This document shows, piece after piece, positions 1 to 10,845 of a stretch of 64,000 nt of DNA; positions within the stretch are counted from its first letter, which is position 1; every line of letters begins with the position of its first letter. The notes below the pieces were generated by a model that was not told where the DNA came from, made no database searches, and saw only the letters and a program-made list of their open reading frames with translations. Both the position numbers and the translations under genes were made by a program. This stretch comes from Eledone cirrhosa. Taxonomy: Eukaryota. The DNA lies in contig CAXHJY010000096.1 in assembly GCA_964016885.1 (NCBI GenBank), forward strand, positions 1 through 64,000, read 5' to 3'.

Positions 1-38
1 CAACACAGTGGTCTACAGTCAACTACAGACCATTACTC

Positions 39-74
<36 letters not shown>

Positions 75-318
75 GGTCTCAGACTACACCAACCTCATGA
101 ACCAACAACACAGTGGTCTACAGTCAACTACAGACCATTACTCTCTCTCTCTCTCTCTCTCTCCTGGTCTCAGACTACACCAACCTCACGAACCAACAAC
201 ACAGTGGTCTACAGTCAACTACAGACCATTACTCCCCCTCTCTCTCTCTCTCCTGGTCTCAGACTACACCAACCTCATGAACCAACAACACAGTGGTCTA
301 CAGTCAACTACAGACCAT

Positions 319-357
<39 letters not shown>

Positions 358-421
358 GGTCTCAGACTACACCAACCTCATGAACCAACAACACAGTGGT
401 CTACAGTCAACTACAGACCAT

Positions 422-514
<93 letters not shown>

Positions 515-578
515 GGTCTCAGACTACACCAACCTCATGAACCAACAACACAGTGGTCTACAGTCAACTACAGACCAT

Positions 579-611
<33 letters not shown>

Positions 612-861
612 GGTCTCAGACTACATCAACCTCTTGAACCAACAACACAGTTGTCTACAGTCAACTACAGACCATTACTCCCCCTCTCTCTCTCTCTCCT
701 GGTCTCAGACTACACCAACCTCATGAAACAACAACACAGTGGTTTACAGTCAACTACAGACCATTACTCCCCCCCTCTCTCTCTCTCTCTCTCTCCTGGT
801 CTCAGACTACACCAACCTCATGAACCAACAACACAGTGGTCTACAGTCAACTACAGACCAT

Positions 862-895
<34 letters not shown>

Positions 896-960
896 TGGTT
901 TCAGACTACACCAACTTCATGAACCAACAACACAGTGGTCTACAGTCAACTACAGACCAT

Positions 961-1021
<61 letters not shown>

Positions 1022-1179
1022 GGTCTCAGACTAAGCCAACCTCATGAACCAACAACACAGTGGTCTACAGTCAACTACAGACCATTACTCCCCCTCTCTC
1101 TCTCTCTCCTGGTCTCAGACTACACCAACCTCATGAACTAACAACACAGTGGTTTACAGTCAACTACAGACCATTACTC

Positions 1180-1217
<38 letters not shown>

Positions 1218-1355
1218 GGTCTCAGACTACACCAACATCATGAACCAACAACACAGTGGTCTACAGTCAACTACACACCATTACTCCCCCTCCCTCCCTC
1301 TCTCCTGGTCTCAGACTACACCAACCTCATGAACCAACAACACAGTGGTTCACAG
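1..1355. repeat. Compound minisatellite: constant 70-bp unit (CCTGGTCTCAGACTACACCAACCTCATGAACCAACAACACAGTGGTCTACAGTCAACTACAGACCATTAC) plus a variable (TC)n tract; 12 complete units and 2 partial units; continues off the left edge
   Basis: Seen directly. Units start at 72, 163, 252, 355, 512, 609, 698, 795, 894, 1019, 1108, 1215 and 1304 (truncated). Unit lengths are 89-157 bp, and the length differences lie in the pyrimidine tract. The constant part carries only scattered substitutions. Confidence 0.98.
425..512. repeat. Longest pure (TC)n microsatellite tract, about 44 dinucleotides
   Basis: Uninterrupted TC run between ...CCATTAC (ends 424) and CTGGTCTC. Confidence 0.95.
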
Positions 1356-1769
1356 ATAATTTCCAGCCGTCCAAGGGGAGATAATTTTTTTTTAAAAATC
1401 AGGCGGAGATAATTTGTAAAAAAAAATCAGGGGGAGATAATTCGTAAAAAAAAATCAGGGGGAGATAATTTGTAAAAAAAATCAAGGAGAGATAATTTCC
1501 AGCCGTCCAAGGGGAGATAATTTCCAGCCGTCCAAGGATACATATTTTCCAGCCGTCCAAGGCGAGGTAATTTCTAGCCGTCCAAGGGGAGATAAATTCC
1601 AGCCTCCAAGGGGAGATAATTTCCAGCCAGCCAAGTGGAGATAATTTGTAAAAAAATCAGGGGGAGATAATTTGTAAAAAATATCAGGGAGATAATTTGT
1701 AAAAAAAAATCAGGGGGAGATAATTTGTAAAAAAAATCAGGGGGAGATAATTTGTAAAAAAAAATCAGG

Positions 1770-4700
1770 GGGAGATAATTTGTAAAAAAAATCAAGGGGA
1801 GATAATTTCCAGCCGTCCAAGGGGAGATAATTTTCAGCCGTCCAAGGGGAGATAATTTCCCGCCAGCCAAGGGAAGATAATTTTTAAAAAAATCAGGCGG
1901 AGATTGTAAAAAAAATCAGGGGGGAGATAATTTGTAAAAAAATCAGGGGGAGATAATTTGTAAAAAATAATCAGAGGGAGATAATTTGTAAAAAAATTCA
2001 AGGGGAGATAATTTCCAGCCGTCCAAGGGAAGATAATTTCCCGCCAGCCAAGGGAAGATAATATTTAAAAAAATTAGGCGGAGATAATTTGTAAAAAAAA
2101 TCAGGGGGAGATAATTTGTAAAAAAATCAGGGGGAGATAATTTGTAAAAAAAATCAGTGGGAGATAATTTGTAAAAAAAATCATGGGGAGATAATTTGTA
2201 AAAAAAAATCAGGGGTAGATAATTTGTAAAAAAAAATCAGGGGGAGATAATTTGTAAAAAAAAATCAGGGGGAGATAATTTGTAAAAAAAATCAAGGGGA
2301 GATAATATCCAGCCGTCCAAGGAGAGATAATATTTAAAAAAAATGAGGCGGAGATAATTTGTAAAAAAAAAATCAGGGGGAGTTAATTTGTAAAAAAAAA
2401 TGAGGGGGAGATAATTTGTAAAAAAAATCAAGGGGAGATAATTTCCAGCCGTCCAAGGGGAGATAATTTTCAGCCGTCCAAGGAGAGGTAATTTCTAGCC
2501 GTCCAAGGGGAGATAATTTCCAGCCGTCCAAGGGGAGATAATTTCCAGCCGTCCAAGGGGAGATAATTTTTTTTAAAAATCAGGCGGAGATAATTTGTAA
2601 AAAAAATCAGGGGCAGATAATTTGTAAACAAAATCAGGGGGAGATAATTTGTAAAAAAAAATCAGGGGGAGATAATTTGTAAAAAAAATTAGGCGTAGAT
2701 AATTTGTAAAAAAAAATCAGGGGGAGATAATTTGTAAAAAAAATCAGGGGGAGATAATTTGTTTAAAAAATCAAGGGGAGATAATTTGCAGCCGTCCAAG
2801 GGGAGATAATTTTCAGCCGTCCAAGGAGAGGTAATTTCTAGCCGTTCAAGGGGAGATAATTTCCAGCCGTCCAAGGGGAGATAATTTCCAGCCGTCCAAG
2901 GGGAGATAATTTTTTTTAAAAAATCAGGCGGAGATAATTTGTAAAAAAAAATCAGGGGGAGATAATTCGTAAAAAAAAATCAGGGGGAGATAATTTGTAA
3001 AAAAAAATCAGGGGGAGATAATTTGTAAAAAAAATCAAGGGGAGATAATTTCCAGCCGTCCAAGGGGAGGTAATATCTAGCCGTCCAAGGGGAGATAATT
3101 TCCAGCCGTCCAAGGGGAGATAATTTCCAGCCGTCCAAGGGGAGATAATTTCCAGCCGTCCAAGGAGACATATTTTCCAGCCGTCCAAGGCGAGGTAATT
3201 TCTAGCCGTCCAAGGGGAGATAAATTCCAGCCTCCAAGGGGAGATAATTTCCAGCCAGCCAAGGGGAGATAATTTGTAAAAAAATCAGGGGGAGATAATT
3301 TGTAAAAAATATCAGGGAGATAATTTGTAAAAAAAAATCAGGGGGAGATAATTTGTAAAAAAAATCAGGGGGAGATAATTTGTAAAAAAAAATCAGGGGG
3401 AGATAATTTGTAAAAAAAATCAAGGGGAGATAATTTCCAGCCGTCCAAGGGGAGATAATTTTCAGCCGTCCAAGGAGAGGTAATTTCTAGCCGTCCGAGG
3501 AGAGATAATTTCCAGCCGTCCAAGGGGAGATAATTTCCAGCCGTCCAAGGGGAGATAATTTCCAGCCGTCCAAGGAGACATATTTTCCAGCCGTCCAAGG
3601 AGAGGTAATTTCTAGCCGTCCAAGGGGATATAAATTCCAGCCTCCAAGGGGAGATAATTTCCAGCCAGCCAAGGGGAGATAATTTGTAAAAAAATCAGGG
3701 GGAGATAATTTGTAAAAAAAAATCAGGGGTAGATAATTTGTAAAAAAAAATCAGGGGGAGATAATTTGTAAAAAAAAAATCAGGGGGAGATAATTTGTAA
3801 AAAAAATCAAGGGGAGATAATTTCCAGCCGTCCAAGGAGAGATAATTTTAAAAAAAAATCAGGCGGAGATAATTTGTAAAAAAAAATCAGGGGGAGATAA
3901 TTTGTAAAAAAAATCAAGGGGAGATAATTTCCAGCCGTCCAAGGGGAGATAATTTTCAGCCGTCCAAGGAGAGGTAATTTCTAGCCGTCCAAGGAGAGAT
4001 AATTTCCAGCCGTCCAAGGGGAGATAATTTCCAGCCGTCCAAGGGGAGATAATTTCCAGCCGTCCAAGGAGACATATTTTCCAGCCGTCCAGGAGAGGTA
4101 ATTCCTAGCCGTCCAAGGGGAGATAAATTCCAGCCTCCAAGGGGAGATAATTTCCAGCCAGCCAAGGGGAGATAATTTGTAAAAAAAATCAGGGGGAGAT
4201 AATTTGTAAAAAAAATCAGGGGGAGATAATTTGTAAAAAAAAATCAGGGGGAGATAATTTGTAAAAAATAATCAGGGGGAGATAATTTGTAAAAAAAATC
4301 AAGGGGAGATAATTTCCAGCCGTCCAAGGGGAGATAATTTTCAGCCGTCCAAGGGGAGATAATTTACCGCCAGCCAAGGGAAGATAATATTTAAAAAAAT
4401 TAGGCGGAGATAATTTGTAAAAAAAATCAGGGGGAGATAATTTGTAAAAAAATCAGGGGGAGATAATTTGTAAAAAAAATTAGGGGGAGATAATTTGTAA
4501 AAAAAATCAGGGGGAGATAATTTGTAAAAAAAAATCAGGGGTAGATAATTTGTAAAAAAAAATCATGGGGAGATAATTTGTAAAAAAAATCAAGGGGAGA
4601 TAATTTCTAGCCGTCCAAGGGAAGATAATTTCCAGCCCTCCAAGGGGCTATAATTTCCAGCGTCCAAGGGGAGATAATTTCCAGCCAGCGAAGGGGAGAT

Positions 4701-7700
4701 AATTTTTTTTTTTAAATCATTGGGAGATTTGTAAAAAAAATCAGGGGGGGATAATTTGTAAAAAAAATCAAGGGGAGATAATTTCCAGCCGTCCAAGGGG
4801 AGATAATTTTCAGCCGTCCAAGGGGAGATAATTTCCCGCCAGCCAAGGGAAGATAATTTTTAAAAAAATCAGGCGGAGATTGTAAAAAAAATCAGGGGGG
4901 AGATAATTTGTAAAAAAATCAGGGGGAGATAATTTGTAAAAAATAATCAGAGGGAGATAATTTGTAAAAAAATTCAAGGGGAGATAATTTCCAGCCGTCC
5001 AAGGGAAGATAATTTCCCGCCAGCCAAGGGAAGATAATATTTAAAAAAATTAGGCGGAGATAATTTGTAAAAAAAATCAGGGGGAGATAATTTGTAAAAA
5101 AATCAGGGGGAGATAATTTGTAAAAAAAATCAGTGGGAGATAATTTGTAAAAAAAATCATGGGGAGATAATTTGTAAAAAAAAATCAGGGGTAGATAATT
5201 TGTAAAAAAAAATCAGGGGGAGATAATTTGTAAAAAAAAATCAGGGGGAGATAATTTGTAAAAAAAATCAAGGGGAGATAATATCCAGCCGTCCAAGGAG
5301 AGATAATATTTAAAAAAAATGAGGCGGAGATAATTTGTAAAAAAAAAATCAGGGGGAGTTAATTTGTAAAAAAAAATGAGGGGGAGATAATTTGTAAAAA
5401 AAATCAAGGGGAGATAATTTCCAGCCGTCCAAGGGGAGATAATTTTCAGCCGTCCAAGGAGAGGTAATTTCTAGCCGTCCAAGGGGAGATAATTTCCAGC
5501 CGTCCAAGGGGAGATAATTTCCAGCCGTCCAAGGGGAGATAATTTTTTTTAAAAAATCAGGCGGAGATAATTTGTAAAAAAAATCAGGGGCAGATAATTT
5601 GTAAACAAAATCAGGGGGAGATAATTTGTAAAAAAAAATCAGGGGGAGATAATTTGTAAAAAAAATTAGGCGTAGATAATTTGTAAAAAAAAATCAGGGG
5701 GAGATAATTTGTAAAAAAAAATCAGGGGGAGATAATTTGTTTAAAAAATCAAGGGGAGATAATTTGCAGCCGTCCAAGGGGAGATAATTTTCAGCCGTCC
5801 AAGGAGAGGTAATTTCTAGCCGTTCAAGGGGAGATAATTTCCAGCCGTCCAAGGGGAGATAATTTCCAGCCGTCCAAGGGGAGATAATTTTTTTTAAAAA
5901 ATCAGGCGGAGATAATTTGTAAAAAAAAATCAGGGGGAGATAATTCGTAAAAAAAAATCAGGGGGAGATAATTTGTAAAAAAAAATCAGGGGGAGATAAT
6001 TTGTAAAAAAAATCAAGGGGAGATAATTTCCAGCCGTCCAAGGGGAGGTAATATCTAGCCGTCCAAGGGGAGATAATTTCCAGCCGTCCAAGGGGAGATA
6101 ATTTCCAGCCGTCCAAGGGGAGATAATTTCCAGCCGTCCAAGGAGACATATTTTCCAGCCGTCCAAGGCGAGGTAATTTCTAGCCGTCCAAGGGGAGATA
6201 AATTCCAGCCTCCAAGGGGAGATAATTTCCAGCCAGCCAAGGGGAGATAATTTGTAAAAAAATCAGGGGGAGATAATTTGTAAAAAATATCAGGGAGATA
6301 ATTTGTAAAAAAAAATCAGGGGGAGATAATTTGTAAAAAAAATCAGGGGGAGATAATTTGTAAAAAAAAATCAGGGGGAGATAATTTGTAAAAAAAATCA
6401 AGGGGAGATAATTTCCAGCCGTCCAAGGGGAGATAATTTTCAGCCGTCCAAGGAGAGGTAATTTCTAGCCGTCCGAGGAGAGATAATTTCCAGCCGTCCA
6501 AGGGGAGATAATTTCCAGCCGTCCAAGGGGAGATAATTTCCAGCCGTCCAAGGAGACATATTTTCCAGCCGTCCAAGGAGAGGTAATTTCTAGCCGTCCA
6601 AGGGGATATAAATTCCAGCCTCCAAGGGGAGATAATTTCCAGCCAGCCAAGGGGAGATAATTTGTAAAAAAATCAGGGGGAGATAATTTGTAAAAAAAAA
6701 TCAGGGGTAGATAATTTGTAAAAAAAAATCAGGGGGAGATAATTTGTAAAAAAAAAATCAGGGGGAGATAATTTGTAAAAAAAATCAAGGGGAGATAATT
6801 TCCAGCCGTCCAAGGAGAGATAATTTTAAAAAAAAATCAGGCGGAGATAATTTGTAAAAAAAAATCAGGGGGAGATAATTTGTAAAAAAAATCAAGGGGA
6901 GATAATTTCCAGCCGTCCAAGGGGAGATAATTTTCAGCCGTCCAAGGAGAGGTAATTTCTAGCCGTCCAAGGAGAGATAATTTCCAGCCGTCCAAGGGGA
7001 GATAATTTCCAGCCGTCCAAGGGGAGATAATTTCCAGCCGTCCAAGGAGACATATTTTCCAGCCGTCCAGGAGAGGTAATTCCTAGCCGTCCAAGGGGAG
7101 ATAAATTCCAGCCTCCAAGGGGAGATAATTTCCAGCCAGCCAAGGGGAGATAATTTGTAAAAAAAATCAGGGGGAGATAATTTGTAAAAAAAATCAGGGG
7201 GAGATAATTTGTAAAAAAAAATCAGGGGGAGATAATTTGTAAAAAATAATCAGGGGGAGATAATTTGTAAAAAAAATCAAGGGGAGATAATTTCCAGCCG
7301 TCCAAGGGGAGATAATTTTCAGCCGTCCAAGGGGAGATAATTTACCGCCAGCCAAGGGAAGATAATATTTAAAAAAATTAGGCGGAGATAATTTGTAAAA
7401 AAAATCAGGGGGAGATAATTTGTAAAAAAATCAGGGGGAGATAATTTGTAAAAAAAATTAGGGGGAGATAATTTGTAAAAAAAATCAGGGGGAGATAATT
7501 TGTAAAAAAAAATCAGGGGTAGATAATTTGTAAAAAAAAATCATGGGGAGATAATTTGTAAAAAAAATCAAGGGGAGATAATTTCTAGCCGTCCAAGGGA
7601 AGATAATTTCCAGCCCTCCAAGGGGCTATAATTTCCAGCGTCCAAGGGGAGATAATTTCCAGCCAGCGAAGGGGAGATAATTTTTTTTTTTAAATCATTG

Positions 7701-7770
7701 GGAGATTTGTAAAAAAAATCAGGGGGAGATAATTTGTAAAAAAAATCAAGGGGAGATAATTTCCAGCCGT
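1770..7770 (+). repeat. Tandem higher-order duplication, period about 2.98 kb (2 copies)
   Basis: Private variants recur at a fixed offset: CAGTGG at 2155/5131 (2976) and TTTACCGC at 4363/7341 (2978). Identical ORF translations at 2952/5930 and 3956/6934 (2978). Confidence 0.93.
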
Positions 7771-10700
7771 ACAAGGGGAGGTAATATCTAGCCGTCCAAG
7801 GGGAGATAATTTCCAGCCGTCCAAGGGGAGATAATTTCCAGCCGTCCAAGGGTAGATAATATCCAGCCGTCCAAGGACATATTTTCCAGCCGTCCAAGGA
7901 GAGGTAATTTCTAGCCGTTCAAGGGGAGATAATTTCCAGCCGTCCAAGGGGAGATAATTTCCAGCCGTCCAAGGGGAGATAATTTTTTTTAAAAAATCAC
8001 GCGGAGATAATTTGTAAAAAAAAATCAGGGGGAGATAATTCGTAAAAAAAGTCAGGGGGAGATAATTTGTAAAAAAAAATCAGGGGGAGATAATTTGTAA
8101 AAAAAATCAAGGGGAGATAATTTCCAGCCGTCCAAGGGGAGGTAATATCTAGCCGTCCAAGGGGAGATAATTTCAAGCCGTCCAAGGGGAGATAATTTCC
8201 AGCCGTCCAAGGGGAGATAATTTTCAGCCGTCCAAGGAGAGGTAATTTCTAGACGTCCGAGGAGAGATAATTTCCAGCCGTCCAAGGGGAGATAATTTCC
8301 AGCCGTCCAAGGGGAGATAATTTCCAGCCGTCCAAGGAGACATATTTTCCAGCCGTCCAAGGAGAGGTAATTTCTAGCCGTCCAAGGGGAGATAAATTCC
8401 AGCCTCCAAGGGGAGATAATTTCCAGCCAGCCAAGGGGAGATAATTTGTAAAAAAATCAGGGGGAGATAATTTGCAAAAAAATCAGGGGGAGATAATTTG
8501 TAAAAAAAAATCAGGGGGAGATAATTTGTAAAAAATAATCAGGGGGAGATAATTTCCAGCCGTCCAAGGGGAGATAATTTTCAGCCGTCCAAGGGGAGAT
8601 AATTTCCCGCCAGCCAAGGGAAGATAATATTTAAAAAAATTAGGCGGAGATAATTTGTAAAAAAAATCAGGGGGAGATAATTTGTAAAAAAAATCAGGGG
8701 GAGATAATTTGTAAAAAAAAATCAGGGGGAGATAATTTGTAAAAAAAAATCAGGGCGAGATAATTTGTAAAAAAAATCAAGGGGAGATAATTTCCAGCCG
8801 TCCAAGGAGAGATAATTTTAAAAAAAAATCAGGCGGAGATAATTTGTAAAAAAAATCAGGGGGAGATAATTTGTAAAAAAAAATCAGGGGGAGATAATTT
8901 GTAAAAAAAATCAAGGGGAGATAATTTCCAGCCGTCCAAGGGGAGATAATTTTCAGCCGTCCAAGGGGAGATAATTTCCCGCCAGCCAAGGGAAGATAAT
9001 ATTTAAAAAAATCAGGCGGAGATAATTTGTAAAAAAAATCAGGGGGAGATAATTTGCAAAAAAAATCAGGGGGAGATAATTTGTAAAAAAAAATCAGGGG
9101 TAGATAATTTGTAAAAAAAAATCAGGGGGAGATAATTTGTAAAAAAAATCAAGGGGAGATAATTTCCAGCCGTCCAAGGGAAGATAATTTCCAGCCCTCC
9201 AAGGGGCTATAATTTCCAGCGTCCAAGGGGAGATAATTTCCAGCCAGCGAAGGGGAGATAATTTTTTTTTTTAAATCATTGGGAGATTTGTAAAAAAAAT
9301 CAGGGGGAGATAATTTGTAAAAAAAATCAAGGGGAGATAATTTCCAGCCGTACAAGGGGAGGTAATATCTAGCCGTCCAAGGGGAGATAATTTCCAGCCG
9401 TCCAAGGGGAGATAATTTCCAGCCGTCCAAGGGTAGATAATATCCAGCCGTCCAAGGACATATTTTCCAGCCGTCCAAGGAGAGGTAATTTCTAGCCGTT
9501 CAAGGGGAGATAATTTCCAGCCGTCCAAGGGGAGATAATTTCCAGCCGTCCAAGGGGAGATAATTTTTTTTAAAAAATCACGCGGAGATAATTTGTAAAA
9601 AAAAATCAGGGGGAGATAATTCGTAAAAAAAGTCAGGGGGAGATAATTTGTAAAAAAAAATCAGGGGGAGATAATTTGTAAAAAAAATCAAGGGGAGATA
9701 ATTTCCAGCCGTCCAAGGGGAGGTAATATCTAGCCGTCCAAGGGGAGATAATTTCAAGCCGTCCAAGGGGAGATAATTTCCAGCCGTCCAAGGGGAGATA
9801 ATTTTCAGCCGTCCAAGGAGAGGTAATTTCTAGACGTCCGAGGAGAGATAATTTCCAGCCGTCCAAGGGGAGATAATTTCCAGCCGTCCAAGGGGAGATA
9901 ATTTCCAGCCGTCCAAGGAGACATATTTTCCAGCCGTCCAAGGAGAGGTAATTTCTAGCCGTCCAAGGGGAGATAAATTCCAGCCTCCAAGGGGAGATAA
10001 TTTCCAGCCAGCCAAGGGGAGATAATTTGTAAAAAAATCAGGGGGAGATAATTTGCAAAAAAATCAGGGGGAGATAATTTGTAAAAAAAAATCAGGGGGA
10101 GATAATTTGTAAAAAATAATCAGGGGGAGATAATTTCCAGCCGTCCAAGGGGAGATAATTTTCAGCCGTCCAAGGGGAGATAATTTCCCGCCAGCCAAGG
10201 GAAGATAATATTTAAAAAAATTAGGCGGAGATAATTTGTAAAAAAAATCAGGGGGAGATAATTTGTAAAAAAAATCAGGGGGAGATAATTTGTAAAAAAA
10301 AATCAGGGGGAGATAATTTGTAAAAAAAAATCAGGGCGAGATAATTTGTAAAAAAAATCAAGGGGAGATAATTTCCAGCCGTCCAAGGAGAGATAATTTT
10401 AAAAAAAAATCAGGCGGAGATAATTTGTAAAAAAAATCAGGGGGAGATAATTTGTAAAAAAAAATCAGGGGGAGATAATTTGTAAAAAAAATCAAGGGGA
10501 GATAATTTCCAGCCGTCCAAGGGGAGATAATTTTCAGCCGTCCAAGGGGAGATAATTTCCCGCCAGCCAAGGGAAGATAATATTTAAAAAAATCAGGCGG
10601 AGATAATTTGTAAAAAAAATCAGGGGGAGATAATTTGCAAAAAAAATCAGGGGGAGATAATTTGTAAAAAAAAATCAGGGGTAGATAATTTGTAAAAAAA

Positions 10701-10845
10701 AATCAGGGGGAGATAATTTGTAAAAAAAATCAAGGGGAGATAATTTCCAGCCGTCCAAGGGAAGATAATTTCCAGCCCTCCAAGGGGCTATAATTTCCAG
10801 CGTCCAAGGGGAGATAATTTCCAGCCAGCGAAGGGGAGATAATTT
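7590..10845 (+). repeat. Tandem higher-order duplication, period 1581 bp (about 2 copies)
   Basis: CCGTACAAGG variant (variant A at 7771/9352) and CAGGGCGAG at 8751/10332. ORF pairs 7568/9149, 7997/9578, 8052/9633 and 8777/10358 are all offset by exactly 1581. Confidence 0.95.

Noticed and set aside
1-1355. CRISPR-like layout (constant repeat plus variable spacer, with a hairpin)
   Set aside because: The spacers are only (TC)n, the repeat is 70 bp, and no cas genes or leader are present.
97-1412. Plus-strand ORFs of 68-212 aa with (SL)n runs
   Set aside because: They are overlapping translations of the minisatellite in several frames. The SL runs are (TC)n, and the frame changes with tract length.
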